Source of the DNA: Schizochytrium sp. TIO01
Lineage: Eukaryota > Protista > Bigyra: Labyrinthulomycetes
DNA length: 64,000 nt
Direction of reading: 5' to 3'
Assembly (NCBI GenBank): GCA_004764695.1
Contig: SMSO01000037.1
Span: 100,747 to 164,746 of the forward strand
Both the position numbers and the translations under genes were made by a program. The notes beneath the pieces were generated by a model, which was not told where the DNA came from, did no database searches, and saw nothing but the letters and a program-made list of their open reading frames with translations. Of the stretch, positions 31,739-47,300 are shown piece after piece. Numbering within the stretch: the first letter of the stretch is position 1; every line of letters starts with the position of its first letter.

Positions 31739-33739
31739 CCTTCTTGTAGGTACAAAATTACACTGGTCACTGATCCTTCGAGCGACAAACTGCGAGGCTC
31801 TGCAAATACGATTGTGGTTTGCTTCGTGCTCTGGGCATTAGTTCTTGATGTAGACATGCAACTTCTATTATACTAAGAGTCCAATTCCAAATACTTTTTT
31901 AATTCGTTCTTTTTCTTTTTAGTTTGGGAGCACCCTGGCGCATGGGGACAAAAGTCCGGGAACCTCGTGCATAACTATTTCGATTATATTTAAATTAAAA
32001 AAATTAGAAAAACAAAAAACAATGTCAAGGTGCATGGAGGTACTGAGTGATAGTACTCATCACTGATGCCTTCGCTATTTTACGTACTACCCAATTGAAA
32101 TCGAAACTTTAGAAACTAAAAGAAAGATTTTATCTCCAACATGGAGCTGTTGAATTATAATAAAAAGAAAAAAAATGAAATACGATTGAGGGGAGGACGG
32201 CTCCGAAGAAGTGTCCCCCAAAATGTCTCACCCATCGCCAGCTCGCCAAGGGATGTGTATATAGAGACTGAATTGAAAACTGTGAACAGACAAAACTTTG
32301 TACAATCTCTCTGTGTAAACGGGCAAGACCATGCTTTTTGGACTCATTCCTGGATCGTGTGCGTCGAACTTTTGTTTTGTCCTTGCTAGCCGGTCTGAAG
32401 CAATAAAGTTTTCGTACGACTTACAAAGTAAAGAGTGCATGGGTCGACCGTCTTGGTACTGTTGCCATATTCAGCTCCTACTATAAAAGCTATTTTACTA
32501 AGCTTTTTATCAACTGTGATATGAGCTTAGATCGAATATATGTCACATGAAAATAGGTGAGGAGACCCTTGTTTCTGTTCGTTGAGTTCTTAGTCAATAA
32601 TGCTTCAAGCTTGCAAAGTAGGTATTGAGGGCTCGGTTTCCAGCCAGCCACCTTGCTTTAAAAACGTAATATAGTAGGCGCATCCTAGTCATCGAAGAGA
32701 CGCTCGGGGTTGCAGCGAAATAGAGGTTCCTTATGTGACAAATAAGAACGAAACAGTGATCGCATTATTCTAAGATCTGCCAAATCTGCAAGTGAATTTC
32801 TTAAATGCAAGAAAAATAAATATTTACTGCTTAATCTTTAAGGAAACAAATATCTCAACATATTTTAGGGGAGGGGAAAATAAAAAGCAGCTGTAAACTT
32901 TGGTTTCGAGCTTGATAGATGTTAAATTTGAAGTTCTTGCAGATAGAATCTAGTCGAAAGCCTGAGCTTTATTGCTCGTGACAAATGTACATTTCATCAT
33001 TAAATTTGTTGCTCATATTTCCTGCGAAAACTAAATTTATCCATACAAGTACATGAGACATGTAGTCACCAATGCTGAGAAGCTTTACGAATGCATAGAA
33101 ACAAAATTACACAATCTAATACATAGTGGAGTCTAAACTTTTTGAATGCGCAGATTCATGAAGGCCTACTCCTTTCGGTCCGACCTGGGACTCGGCTTGG
33201 TTTTGGCTTCCCCAAAGAACGTATGGGTTTTAACATTGAGTAAAAGTATATAAACATTTGTGTCACCTTCTGAGTTTGGCTCTGGACCAATAATAGCAAC
33301 AAACTCGGTTGTGGTGCGTACGGTGAGCTCCTTTATGCTGTGTTTATGAGTTAATGTTCACAGTCCTCTACATGACACTTGCCCCGTTACTATTTATTGG
33401 CATTCATATTAATCAACAAATACAATATTCGCGGGTAAGCTGACGTTATAGTGTGTCGGAAGTCCAACATCCTCCAACGTTTGCAAACCAAATGGTCCGT
33501 TGTGTTATGCATGAACGTGACCGGCAAGTCTTAATGAAACATGAAACAAACGACACAATCTTTCACATGATGAATATCAGAGGTGCTGGTCATCTATGTG
33601 AATGAGACTAATGTCATTATGATTTCGTATGGGTTGGATAAACAAGAATACGCAGCTTGAGGAACGTTTTCATTTTTCCATGGGCATCATATAGTAAGAA
33701 AAGTATGACTTCTTGAATTGTTGGAAACGGCGCTTAGCT

Positions 33740-34426
33740 TCAGGATGAATAGGGTAACACATCTGCTGGCTCAGTTCTGGCTTCTAAAGCCTTTGATCGC
33801 GCCTCGAGCATCTTCTCCCGACGATCAATCAAAAACATGTAAGTACCCTTGCCAATAAACAAGAGATAGGTATGAAATCCCCAAAGTCCAAGGTACCAAC
33901 AAAAAACAGTAGCGGAACATGCGAGATGCAAGCTCATAAGTACACTGAACGTGACGACCGAGTCGCCAGCACGATGGATTGAATTTTCACGCCAGTCGAC
34001 CATGACGGTAGTTAGTACACCAATTATGCATTGCCAACCTGCACAAAGCCAACCCACGAGAGTGAGAATATAGAATTGGAAATAGTTTCTCGTGCCAATG
34101 CAGTGGCCAAGCCAAGGGCAGTGGTGGTCCAACCCTGGCACGACCTTTTTGCAAATTGAACAGTATCTTGTTGTAGCCTGTGAGTCACGAATGCATGGTA
34201 GTAGTAGGCCTCCTGGCTGACTCGGGTCTACACTCTGCACGTAAAACCATAGCGAGATGAAAAGCACGGAAAGCACTACAGTAACAGCAATGGCCCAATC
34301 CTGATTTAGCAAGTAGACCACAACGCCAGAGAAAGCAAAGCTAATGGCTTGGCCAAGCCACGCAAGAACAACAGAAAGAGTATATGGCGGCTGCAAACCA
34401 TTTTTCCGAGGTGCAGGTTGAGCCAT
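33740..34426 (-). CDS. DHHC palmitoyl acyltransferase (ZDHHC1/11-like N-terminus)
   Basis: First ATG is at 34426. 'RKNGLQPP', 'RYCSICKKVVPGLDHHCPWLGHCIGTRNY', four TM segments and 'FHTYLLFIGKGTY'. Confidence 0.93.
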   Translation of the reverse strand: MAQPAPRKNGLQPPYTLSVVLAWLGQAISFAFSGVVVYLLNQDWAIAVTVVLSVLFISLWFYVQSVDPSQPGGLLLPCIRDSQATTRYCSICKKVVPGLDHHCPWLGHCIGTRNYFQFYILTLVGWLCAGWQCIIGVLTTVMVDWRENSIHRAGDSVVTFSVLMSLHLACSATVFCWYLGLWGFHTYLLFIGKGTYMFLIDRREKMLEARSKALEARTEPADVLPYSS

Positions 34427-35489
34427 GTTGAACGGTAGGTGAAGTCTGATGAGCCCAGAGACAAATAAGACAACCACCCGGCCAAAGAGTTCTGCAGTAA
34501 AGCTCGACCCTAGCGAAAGAATCCGCCCCCCTCTAACACAATACTGCTGCCCCGCAACACCCCTGTTGTGGACGAGGGATTCCAGCTTCACTTGGCTCAC
34601 CCCTTATTATCAAACAGACTTTAATGTTGTGCACGTGTGCGAAAATACGTACACAAAGGCGCGTGTCAATGGATTATTATTGTATTAGGTCTTAGAAAGA
34701 CTGTTATTAGATTCCCTTAACTAGGTATGTCGTTTGTTTGATTCCATTATCACGTTTTCGAGCAATTTGGAGAGCACTAAAAGGCCTCAAGAGCGGAGGG
34801 TACAGCAAAAATGAAGCTCGGGTAACTTAACTGAGACACACAAGTTTAAACTCGTCTGGATGGCAAAAAGACGCTACTCTGTTGCAGAAGAATCGGCTAG
34901 ACCACTAGAATTTGACTTTAGTTCACTATGTTTTCATTGCCTTTTAACGTGTAAACTACACTTCTTGAATGCGAGTTTTCTATCTCTCTTCAGCTCAGGA
35001 TACCTGAGGTATTATTATAATCGTAAGTTGACATCCTTTCTTAGATTCAGAGAATCCATCTAACCTTTAAGATGCATGTACAAATAGATCCAATCTCAAG
35101 TCACCAGCTGGAACGATTCCAAATACTTGCCTGTTGGACTTATTAGAATATGGTCAATCTTTAATCTGATATATTCACCAGATGATCAAAGTAAAACAAG
35201 ACGGTATTTGAAATAACAATCGAGATTCTTCCCATAGATTTTATACATAATCATCCATAACCTCAAATGCTATCAATCTCCACTCGCACCACCAATGGCT
35301 ATAATATATTTACTTGGATTAAAACACAAGCTAGAACGTTTCACTGATTAGTCGCAGATGCTATATTTCAATTGATCGCTCAATTATTTATCGGCCCTTT
35401 ACTTTGATAGTTGGCCCATCTAGTGTCGGCAAAATGAACTTCAGTCTAACCAATTTAATACATCACATTAAAGTGGTTAAGTTAATATG

Positions 35490-35975
35490 TTTTGAATACA
35501 TTCAAACCAAGGAATATTTGATGTTGAGTACTGGTTACACTTTAAAGTGACTGCTGAGATCTCCAATCGAAGGAACTAGTGGACAAGACATTGCTAGAGT
35601 TCTTGGTGTCCCTTTGTAAAACCCATCAGAAATAAGGTTTACATTAGAACAAGAATAGGCAGCCAGACTTAGGTGGCTGCTGAAGCCAAGAACTAGAAGT
35701 GTGAATACACATCATCGACACCCAATCTTGGTTTAGCTTGGATCGATGGTTGGAGAAGGTTGGATAACCTAACCTCATCGATTATCTCTAACCACATTCA
35801 AGAATGTCTTAATCTCCCTAATTACTACATGAATCCATCTGTCCTGGATTTCATTCCTCAGGACAGCAGTTCGCTAACTCTTAAATCAACCTTCTTATAG
35901 CCTACATAAAGCTTCCTACCTTCATCTTTATAGTCAACCTCACGCTAATCAGTATCACCTTTCAGCAGTGACACA
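35490..35975 (-). repeat. Diverged dispersed repeat, copy B
   Basis: Reverse-complement match to ~1321-1805 (see copy A). Boundaries are approximate. Confidence 0.85.
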
Positions 35976-38335
35976 CTTTAAAGACATATGTTGATTTCGT
36001 TAGATCCAGGCCTTAATTGAGAAATTAGGGTTCTATAAAACCCCCAAAATGACTTCAGACATTACCTCGAAGGACCGCAATTCTGAACGGTAAATCTCGT
36101 CAGGTAGAGGCTAGCTATGGAGATGAATACAAGAGGCTTGAAAAGGACCGATGAAGACCTATTCAGCTTTTGCTTAGAGAGTTAGCTATTTGCTGTCTCT
36201 TTGGAATTAAATTACTGGAAAGACTGATTCATGATATACTTAGAAGGTTGGTACAAAATTGAAGAGATCAACTTGACTTGTCTTTTCCACCACCTCTTTC
36301 AATTTCACCATACTTAATTCTAGTAAATTTATACATTCACTTTCAGTTCTTTGTTACGTTGACTTCAAACCATGCATCTAGTTGTCTAGTTCGAATCCTA
36401 TATAAGTCCTAACTCTTTGAGGGCTTACACAGTAGGGTTAAAAATATTCTAGCAAAGTATTGCTAACAAGTTCTTTCGATTTTGCATCTCCGCATACAAA
36501 GCATGGACAAAGGAGTTTATTTAACCCCCTGTAATTATTACACGATGCATATAGTCATGTACGATCACAGGTTCTTGAGTCTGGTCTCATTGAAAAGTTT
36601 AAAAGAAAAGTCTACCCTATTTTCGTTCTATGAACGACCAATTACGTAAAAAGGTTTGCAATTGCATGTCTTACACAGTAGTAGCTAATACACAATGTAG
36701 AGGATGGGCTGAGTCTTGTTCTAGCATTTCGATCGCCAAAATATACACAAGCATAACCAAGGTTGGTGAAAGAGATTTCTAATTTCTAACCAGGAAATTC
36801 TTTTAATGCAGCGTAAAAGTGAAATTCGGACGGATTTAACAATAGTTACAAAGAACGTTGAATCTTGAATTCTACTATTCTCTTCTTTCTGGCTCGTGTT
36901 GGTGCGTTCCCATGTATATCACAACTGGTCATGACAGAACCTCAGGAATGTACTCTCAACAACGTCGCGAGAACCAAGACTTCCTAGCAACATTTGGCCA
37001 GATTTAACAAGAGCGAATAAATCGTTCCATATTTATTCGGTGCGCAAATGCCGTATGTGCTACGATGGCGATGAAATGTCAGAATTTCTCACGGTTTGAT
37101 GGCTGTGCAAACTGTATAGTAGACCTGAGTAGCATCAATACAGATTTCATGTTCTGCGTAAGCTACTAGTACGGTTACAGACCTAAGCGAGACACACTTG
37201 TGTTGGGTGCCAGACGACATTTTGCTAGAAGTGAGAATTGTTTTGCAGAGTATTCTTCAAGGATAAACGCTCGTGACTGTTACTTGCCGATCGAGCCGCC
37301 AGATGGTGAGGTAATAAATACTACTTCTCCCCGTTGTCAATGTTGTGCAGATTGATTGGCAGAACTACCTGACTTTGTTTTGAATGTAGGAAAGTAGCCT
37401 AGCTTAGAAGGTAGCATTAGAATTGCCAATTCTAAAGATTGACTAGGCTTACTGCTAGCTCTAGAGGTAGGTAGTAGGTACTCCCACGCTCAGCTGTCCG
37501 CTCGATCGTCACTCCTTTCGACACGTGCAGCATATAAGACTGCCAGAAACTAGCTCTGAATCGAAAGCAGAGCTCCAGGTAGCAGCAATCGTAGTAAAGT
37601 GAAAGCTAGAATACGGCAGAACCGCCTCAAGGAGAACGCAACGCAGACATTTGCGATCTGGGCTGTGTGAACTTGTCTTGAATACGATGCGGCAAGTGAA
37701 GATGGCCATTTTAATCCCTCGCTCACGGATCCAGGTCCGTTTTAAATGTCGCAGAATATAGAATACGCAGTTTCTTGATGAGTGTTCGTATGCCAGGATC
37801 ATTCTCAAAAAAAACTTCAAAAGTCGCCTTGGCATTGAAAGATGCTCGCTCCATTGGGCTATCCAGTATTTGAAGCACGGGTGGCTGCTTTGATTACGAG
37901 CGGACACGAGTGACTTCCTCCACCGCCAAGCCGACCCAGAAGTGTCGCTCTTTCTTTCGTTACTACATTAAATGATAACCAACTACTAAGAAAATGTTGG
38001 TTTTGGATTCTTGAGAAGCAAGAAGGAGGAGGATGCACTGTTTAGTCTGTTTTGTACTTTAAAATGGTGGTAGTAGACCCATGGGAACAGCTCTGGACTT
38101 GCATGTATTCGTAACTAAACTTTGAATGAAAATAAGGAAAGCCAAATGGTGACGATCCTGAACAGCTTGGAGTCTGCACAACGATATTGTTCTTTTACAC
38201 TTTGGATACTAAAATAGAAGTACTAGCTACATGTGATTTTAAAGCTCTTTTTTTTTTTTTTTTTTTTTTCGAAGATATAATTTTGAATTATAAAGAAAGG
38301 ATTTGGGAAAAGTGCAATGTTGTGATTTTCTGTTA

Positions 38336-41300
38336 GCACGTGCACGGCTCGGACTGGGAGACTTGGTAACCAACTAGGGTGATAGGTGGTAGGTATGTAG
38401 CGTTCTCAAAAAAGTGAAGACTTCGGAGTTAGAGGTTGTAAAGAACTTAGGTATTGAGATACCTGCCACACTCGCGGTGTCTGCACAAGCAACAATGCAG
38501 CTTTTGAGCATAGGTTTTTGAATGTTCATGTTTTCCACTTTTTAGAGTAGCAATAGAGGTCATTGTGGTCAAGAATGTATGTAGTATTCTGGAAAGATAG
38601 ATAGAGATAGATAGATAGAAGCAAAGGTAACACAATCAATCACTCATTTACGGATTTTTGTCATTTCGGATTTTCAAGGTTCGGCCAGATGCTCGTAGAA
38701 AGCTCGCGAGTAGCTGGATGATTGACGAAAGTGACATTGTCACTTCACAGCGACCAGAGACATTATCGAAGAATGAGTTTGAAGCCATGCCTAAGGCAAA
38801 GACAAACTGGTAGGCACGCGAGCGAGCGAGCGAGCGAGCGGGGGATGGTGGTCTTGCTGCCATTTGCTGGTTCCTTCTTCCATCTTCTAGTTTCCTCTAA
38901 GTTGTTGCTACAAAGGTAAGTTAGGTAGGTAGGTAGGTAGTACTAATACTAGTACTATTTTCATGTTCTCTAAAACAACAATGATATAGTTTTCACTAGG
39001 AGTACATACATGTTGTTTTGATAAAATTAGCTGGTTCTTCCACGATTTGAAAGCAAACCTTCTTCTTAGGCATGGAATAAAGGAATCAGTTTCGTCTCGT
39101 ACGCGTGAATCATGCCAACCTATTCATTACTTTTATCTTTTATAGCCTGAGTACATTATTAAAAAAAAGATCAAAATTAAAAATGTGTAGCTGCAATTAT
39201 GGTTCCTAGGACTATTCTGCTTGGCTGGCTGTCTCTCTGGCTAGGTGGCTGGCTGCAATGAAACACGCCATGTTAATCTATGGGGAATTTAAGGTTACTG
39301 CATCTGCGGTGACAAAGTACGCTTCCAACGAAGTCAAATGGAACAGTACGAGTAGATTTTAATTAGGGACAATTTTAAATCGTCCCGACGTTGGAGATGT
39401 TGGGGAAGGCACCCAAACGCAATTTTGCCATCTAGGGTGAGCGAACTATCACGGAAGATTTAGACATCTGAAAGTCAACTCGCTACTAGCGCTATGCAAA
39501 GTCTTCCTTCATAGTGAAATTCTGCAGCTTCCAGGATTAGTACTTTAAGCTTTTGCCCGCATAGAATCAAATGTCTTTACTATCAATTTAGCACAAAATG
39601 GAAGGAGATTCCTCAAGGCTCGTGCTTTATACACCTATGCAGTGGTTGCCGAAAGTTATTGTTTCTTGGTAGCTCGTCTTGCGAAGAGCTACAAAGCCAG
39701 TCTCTCGATCGCAATTTGTAGACACTTCAACATTGCAAATGTCTCCGAAGTAGCGACTACATTATGTACCTTTTTCATTGCTTATCGCTTGCTACATCTG
39801 GAATAAGTGGGGGGTATGAAATCCTTTATTTCTGAACATCCTTTTGCTATATAGACCATGGTTTCTCTAAACTACTGCATAGATTATTTGAACGATTGTG
39901 TAAAAAAGAGTAAATTTGGCTTTTATGAGCTTCTACGTTGCTTAGTCTGGACTTCTTGTATCCAACTGACACCCTCTTAGGATAGCTTACAACCACTCTC
40001 TTCAGGTTCTAGGCCTTTCTTCGTTCCATCTAGACGACCTCTCTACGTAAAGCGAAAACATAACTCTGCAATAACTACTGCACTGTATTGCAAAACACAG
40101 TGACTATGTTGATCAGTTATTTTCGGCAGGCCAGAGGATCACAATTATTTAGAATTTAAATGCACTTATCATTTCATATACCTAGAACGAATTCTTGAAC
40201 ACCCAATGGGAGATTCGTATTTGAAAGGGCATAGAGTGATTATAGTTCAATACTCGACTTGACACGTGCTTCGAGGACTTCTCGATCACCTGGAGTCTAT
40301 TCCTGTACTTGTCGCGAGTAGAAGTAGTTAAGTGATGATATCCTTACAAAAAAATCGACAAATTAGGGAAAGAAGATCTACATTATTTTCAAAGGAGAGA
40401 CAAAAGCGTGCACAAACATGCGTAGGCAGTTGGTAAAACACTGACTTCAGCATCATCTTGTCAAAGCAGTCATTGTGAGGTTACTTTCTATCTATTCCTA
40501 TTCATTTTGTAAAATAATAAGTCTACTTCTATCATGAATTGTAGGTATTAATAGGTAGTATTGCTTTACAAAAAGAGTTCATCCTTTTTACATATATTTA
40601 TTTTTATATATTATTAAAGTATTGTTTGTTTATTTGTTTATTTGTTCATTTATTTTATAAAGTTTATTTAGTTAGAAAAGTTTTGGGTAATATTACGACT
40701 AAACGGAAAAGTGCGTGCCTCCGAGTCCTTTCAGTTTAAGACTTGGTATTTATGGTACTTCTACTGATAGGTCTAGTTAAGACAATAGTCCCGGGCTTGA
40801 AAAAATCATTATTGTGATGGGGCATGCACAACTTATCGAAGAAAGCCTCCTTACTGCGTCAAATACTCACGAGTCACGATGACCTTTGCTGCTACTTTCT
40901 ACAATTACTTTTGCTTCACTCTACCGGGCCTGAATCAGCCCATGTCCCCTTCCCCCCCTCGCGGCATCGCATCTGAGGCCTTCGGAAGCGAGATGGACTC
41001 GAAGGCTCCTAGTACTATAAGAATCTGGACGCCGGGCAATACATTAGGGAATATCATGGAAAACGAAATTCATGTTTACTGACAACTTGAAACTTACTTT
41101 ATTCACACCGACACGGGCCTTGCAGACAGCTCTCCCGTGGTCGAGTGTTTTGGAGTGTTCAAGTGGGGACGCATGACGGATCAGCTCTCACTAGCTTCGG
41201 TTTTATTCAATCAATAGAATCTTGGATTAGTTGTTGACAGTAGACGATAGAAGCCCTCGAACATGAATTAGACTCATGAATCAAGAATCTATGCTGTTCC

Positions 41301-44300
41301 ACGGCTTCATTCTGGATCTCTGCTGCAGTGAGTTTAAAGACAAGCTCAACCCTTCTCTATTGTGTTCGATACTATACGCCAACATCGTGGACTTCAGGTT
41401 TTCTTGAAGTTTATGCGTGTTGATCATCAAAGTTGGTCACTACTACTATTTCTTAGTGTCTTTCATTGAAGTTGCGCCCACCCATTTCGTGAGTCGGTGC
41501 ATCGCATTAATCGCATGTCTGTGCCGAAGGCTCGGAGTGGCGAAACTCCGCTGTGCCCATTGTGGAAACATCTCCTTCTTTCTCGCTGCACAGGCTGCTT
41601 GAGGCGAATTGCACCCGGAGAACCTTTTAAAAATCAAAGGACAAACATTGTATAACGGAATTTGAAGGGCACGTGCAAATGGAATTTGTATATTCCTTGA
41701 ATTGTGCAAACTCATTTTATCTCCCAAAGCAAGCATAGATGGTACTGGCCTGGAGCGAGCCTTACTCGTTGCATTTTGGCAGGAAACATTCCACAGCAAG
41801 TACTCTCAGGACAGCACATTAATATGCGGGCACCGAGTTTTCGCCGTCGCGGTCGCCGTACCAATGGAGCTCAAAGCGAAGAAACATAACGCGAGTGAAC
41901 GCTTTCATGATGGTCAACTCTAGACGGGCCAGAGGTTCTAGCCATTATCGTATTGTCGTGGAGCCTGCCCCAGCTCGCCTGGTCAGTAGTACGGTGCTGT
42001 AAAAGGCACTGCTTCCGCAATATTCTTGTTCAATTTATTTAGAGTTATGCGCAGTTTATTTGATCAATAGGCATTCAAAAAAAATAAAAATTACTTGAAG
42101 ATTGTCTCTGAAAGAAAGATTGAGTTTGATAGTGACAATTATTACAACTGGCTTATCAAGACTAAGTACTATTTCATGTTTGTGAATATTTAAAAAACAA
42201 AATAAAAATATAGTCTATCAGTAATAATAGTAAAAATACACAGCGCTAAAAATGCGCAATACCAAGGCGATACCTACCATCTTGTTAAATAAAACTACGA
42301 GAGAGCTGTCAAAGGTCCTTTTGTTTTCAAGTAACTAAGAACTATTCCTGGGATAAAATTCAAAATAAAAAAAGGAGACCCTGGAAAATAGCGAGAAGTT
42401 GAATAGGGCAGATAGCCACTTTAAGTTTCGTTTGAGTGATGAGAACGAAAAGTCTGGTACTAGGCACCACTACATATTTACAGCGAAGAATTTAGGAAGT
42501 GGTTGAGCGAATGATTCGCAGGTAGGGATGCCACGTGTTGCGGTGGGGCACGTTCGCCGCTACTTGCAAACGCAAGCAGCAAGTAATTTTTTGCTAATTT
42601 GCTGGCACGAGTCTGCCACGCGGCTCCAGCAGCTCCAACATTTCAATGTGAAGAAGCCTTTGCAGTTAGACCCAGCTGCCTCGCACTTTTCAAGTAGGAA
42701 AATTCACCCAAAGAGTAGAAATTGTCCTCACCACTGGTTGCTATAGGCCCCATGATTTTGCCAACATTAGCCTTGCATTGACGTGTTCGGCTGTATTCGA
42801 TCAAACTTCGGGTACCGCGGCCTACGGCAAGCCGAAACCTCACGACTTTCGTCCTGCTGCGAGCTGGGATAGCACCAAGGTGATTTAAACAACCGCTTTT
42901 TCATTCGAGCTATTCTGTCAAAAAGTGTTTGTTTTGTTTTTGTTCTCAAATAGAAAATTAAATTAAATTAATGTAAATAAAAATAATCACATCTAACATT
43001 TGAGAAATACACAATAAATATTTAGCTTTTGCTCAGCAGATCTACACAACCTAATATTATAATGCGCATCGAAACGGCGAGGATAGTCAAGGCATGATAG
43101 AGGGAGGAATAAGAAAGAGAGTCGCCGGACTTCTCGCTCCCTTATAGTGCCCCTGTATTATGTAGGCCTATAGTTTTAAAAGTTAATTAATAAACTAAAG
43201 AAACAAATCAAACAGACGGCTGTGGCCTACAGCCCTTCCATTAACCTTTATCTATCTAGTCTATAATAATTCACGGCTGCTCCGATACAGTCATCCAACA
43301 TGCCTGCAGCCTCTCCGGCCGCTATGTGCTAGTCAGTGCATCTCATCTAGCGATCTCCAAGGCTAACTCAAATATTTTGGTACTCAAAGTCAGTTGCGCA
43401 GCACGTGCATCCAGATTGCTATAAAAACTGTCCTCATCTCGTGACGAACTAGAGAGAAACCCGAAGGTGGGTAAGGTTATTTCTTAAATATAGCGCATCG
43501 AGGAATGTTGAATTCGTCATTTTCTTTGCGATAGTGCTACTTGGCAAGATGTTACAGTGTCAGGGAGCGGAGGCAACGAGAGACCGTCCGAGATGGTTGA
43601 AGCTGGAGGCCCACTTTTAAAAATTTAAATTTAAATTTAAAATCCGAAGCTTGATCCTGTTTCAATCTGAGATCAATCTTTATGCAAAGAGGTAGCTGCA
43701 CGTTCAACATTTCGGTTAGAACCTTAAAAGTTCTAGCCATCGTTTCAAGTTTCACAGAAAGTTTTACCTTTTCGAATTACCATAATCGTTTTCGAATTTC
43801 TTTACTGAAGTGAGGCAGAGATTCTCATCGAGTGATTTCGCTACTTACCATAGTTGCACTAGTATGACTTCTAGCAGCTACCTAAAGAATTAGAACACGG
43901 GCAACGACGAACAACTTGAAACCAACAAACCTTAGCATTCACAACTGCGTTATATTACTACTAATACATACCTCCTACTTTGCTACAATTTCCAACTCTC
44001 TTTTTACCAAGAGAGCGGCGGCAATCGATGGATTTCGCTGAAGCAGCAAGATCGTGGGAGGCCAAAAGCATGTATATCGAAGAAAAACCTTGATGACGGG
44101 CAGACAATCACTAACCTTAGTTATTGCTCAAACGTTTATCGCAAACTATTTCTATCACGACATGAACCAGGCCGACGAAGTCTTTCCTTTGAAGCCTTCC
44201 TTTCCTCCTCCAAATTCTACTTACCCTTACCCACTTTTTTTTTTTGTTTCACTTGGAGTTGATTATGCATTAGTAAATGCTAGTATAACAATTGTTATCT

Positions 44301-47300
44301 CTCATTTTTTCGCTCTCCTCCCACTGGCAGTGCAAGTGCAACTTTAATTTATAAATAAATAATAAAAATATATGATCAACAGTCTAAGGATAGATATATG
44401 GTATGACTAGGGTTGGTTTGTGCACGTGCCGACAGGATCTTGAACGCAAGAAGACGATGCTGTTCCAAATCATAGTCTTTAGTTTTGGGGGGTTTCCGTG
44501 AAAGAGGTGAAAACTTGTAGATGGCATTGCTTGTTTGAGTTGGTGAATCTTATTCGAGCATGCTGCATGGTGCGTCGAACTACTTTAGACTAGAGTTTTC
44601 GATTCATCTTGCTCGAGCTGTCACACCAGTTTTATTTCTTTACATTCGTTCTATAAAGTATGCAATCAAATTTGTTGGAACTTTTGTTAACTTCACTAGA
44701 TCATTTTCTTTATTACTTCCCTAGCTTTTAAGCTCCCTCCGTGTCCGAAGTGCCTTTTGCTCCTGATTCAAATCGAACAGCGAAGAAGACTTGTCAGCTG
44801 GCTTCTTATACATACCTAGTATCTAGTGCGATGGAAAGTTTGTTTCGCATAGAAACAGCTCCAAGCCATGCAAGATACAGTGAGCCACGCTTGTGCATGC
44901 GTTTCTATTTCTGACGATGTTCTTTTATTCTACCTATAATGCCTAGAATATTATGAACCCATGGATTTTTAGAGCATAAAAAGCTATTTATCTTTTTAAT
45001 TTCTATAGAAGAAAAACTAGAGGAGTGTCCGATGATGTTGAATTTTCATTAAAATTTAACTTGAAAACCCATAAATAAATGACTAAATGAATAGACTTAG
45101 TAAACTCCTAAATCTTACTACTGAGGTAGGTAATAGCAGCATCATCATTCAGAGGTCTTGAAATCTTTTACTTTCCTCTAGCTAGTGACGTGAATGAGTG
45201 GTTTATAGGAAGAGAAAGCGTTTTGTAAATCTTCATGTCAGCGACGTTTGGTATCGCCATCATTAGATAAAAATAGAAAGCTTCTGCGAATCAATCTTTA
45301 TCAGCATGCGTTCTGCTGTAGCTAGATGGTTTTGATAAGGAGTTGGAGAGGGCAGTGACAACAAACACCTCACAAGCATTTATTTTTCTCTCCCTAGCTC
45401 TTGATTTGTTTTACTACCATTGAATTCGCTTAGCTCACCAAGGACGCATACTCGTGAGTCTGGTAAACCCTGAAGAAAGAAAGATCATCGAGAGAGGGAA
45501 TTCCAGTAATCGTCTATTGCTGAGAGGACATCCATCAAAATGCCAGTAGAGCTGTCAAACCTGGTAGGAACCTAGGCCTGCAGCTGCTAAGTCCGCAATT
45601 TTCAGAGGAGTCGCCTCAACCTTTTACCCACTTTTGACTAACTTGAACTGTTTAATTGATCCTAGCCTGAATACAAGAAAAACTAAACAAAGAAAAGAAA
45701 AGAGTTAGATCATACTAATCTTTTGGAATTTCGTAGTCTTTCTTTCTCCCTTGCAGTTCATCATGAGAATCTTTCTCTGTGGTGCATATAGTATCACAAT
45801 TCATGAAAGGAGATTGATATACATAGGGCTGATTTCGATGTTGATAAAGGCTATAATGACTTAATCTCTCTTTTTGTGGCACTTAAAAAATATAAAACAA
45901 AAAGGTTTTCAAGTTAAAAAACGTTTTTGTTTTTGTTTTTGTTTTGTAATAAATAATGAAAGAAAAGAAAAGGTCCTAACGAAAGCTAGACCCAATAGAA
46001 ATCTCACTGTCGTCAACTGGGAAGAAGTGACGAATGTGGTCGAGCTGTAAATATTGATAGTATGTGCTGTAGATCTCTGCATACAAGCGCGTCGTGCGTA
46101 GGAGTAAGTTCCCTCGCTCACAAGGGAAGCTGCTGTAGCCGGGCCTTGTCTGCATTTTGGGTGCCTTTCAGGGTCCGGTTGATGAGTGACCAAGAACGCC
46201 TTCTCACCTCGTTCGCAGTTTAGCGAAGCCCCTCTCGTGCACGTGCTGCCAGACCACTGCTGCGGCTGTCTCGAAAGGAAAGTTACTCGAAAACGCCCCG
46301 CTCGACCACCGAGGAGGACTGAGAAACATCATATCCTATTTCACGTTGTCTCGTATACTCCCATTTAGAGAGCAAGGTTCAGGTTCAAGTTGGTTGATTG
46401 ATTGATTCTTCAACTGGAATCAATCGATCAATCGTTTGATTTCAAATGAATCGATCCATCTAGCTAACAGTAACTAGGCTAATAGGTATGAAACTTTCCG
46501 TGAAGCAATGCCATCCTTTTCGAAACATATAATGGTTTGCGCTACATGGCAGCTAGTTGTAAATGTTCTACTACTATTAACACCAGTAGCACGGACTTGG
46601 AATCGCAAGTGCCGCATAAACGGTGACGGATCCCAGTAAGCAACCCAAATTTTGCCACCCCAAATAGGATAAGTTACTGTCTAATCTTATGAACTCTGTA
46701 TCGAATCGCGTCTATCCCTATCTGCAAGCGGTTCGGAAACAAAAGTCCATCAAGAGGAAGTCTGGCTCCATGCGAACTGTGCGTGGCAATCTTTCGAAGA
46801 TTTACTACTATTATTTCTCATAATAACAATAATAATAATAAATACATAAACAACACCAGCTCATATGTTGTTGATCCGCTGCAGAACGGTCCAGCCAAGA
46901 TCTAGGCCAAAACTTTGGTGCACCAATCGAACAATACGTATTAACCTTCCCGTCTGAGCTCATTTTTACACCATTGGTACAGACCTTACCTTTCGTGACT
47001 TTGACAATTTAAAATGCCAGCCTTTAGTTATAGTAGTAGTTTAAGTCGTAGATGTTAATCATATTTTTGTGAATAGAAATTCTATATAACCTAAGTGAAG
47101 ATGTATTATTTCAGTTCTTTTTTAGAAACAAAAGTTCGCAGCACGAGACCTTCATATTGCGATATTGACGATCTTTCTTTACGCCACCTTTGTGTTTAAA
47201 AGCGGCCAACATGAGAATGAAGCTCGAAGTTGATAATGGAGATCTTAAATAACTTATCCCATCTCACCCAGCAAGGACCTCCTCGGCTGCTGGCGTCCTC

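Noticed and set aside
31636-31857. 73-aa ORF as a possible antitoxin or first segment of the HicA-like locus
   Set aside because: No HicB-like features. It overlaps the next ORF in another frame and its coding status cannot be supported.
29340-32460. Possible transposon boundaries around the zinc-finger/HicA locus
   Set aside because: I found no convincing terminal inverted repeats, LTRs, target-site duplication or transposase, so it is not called a mobile element.
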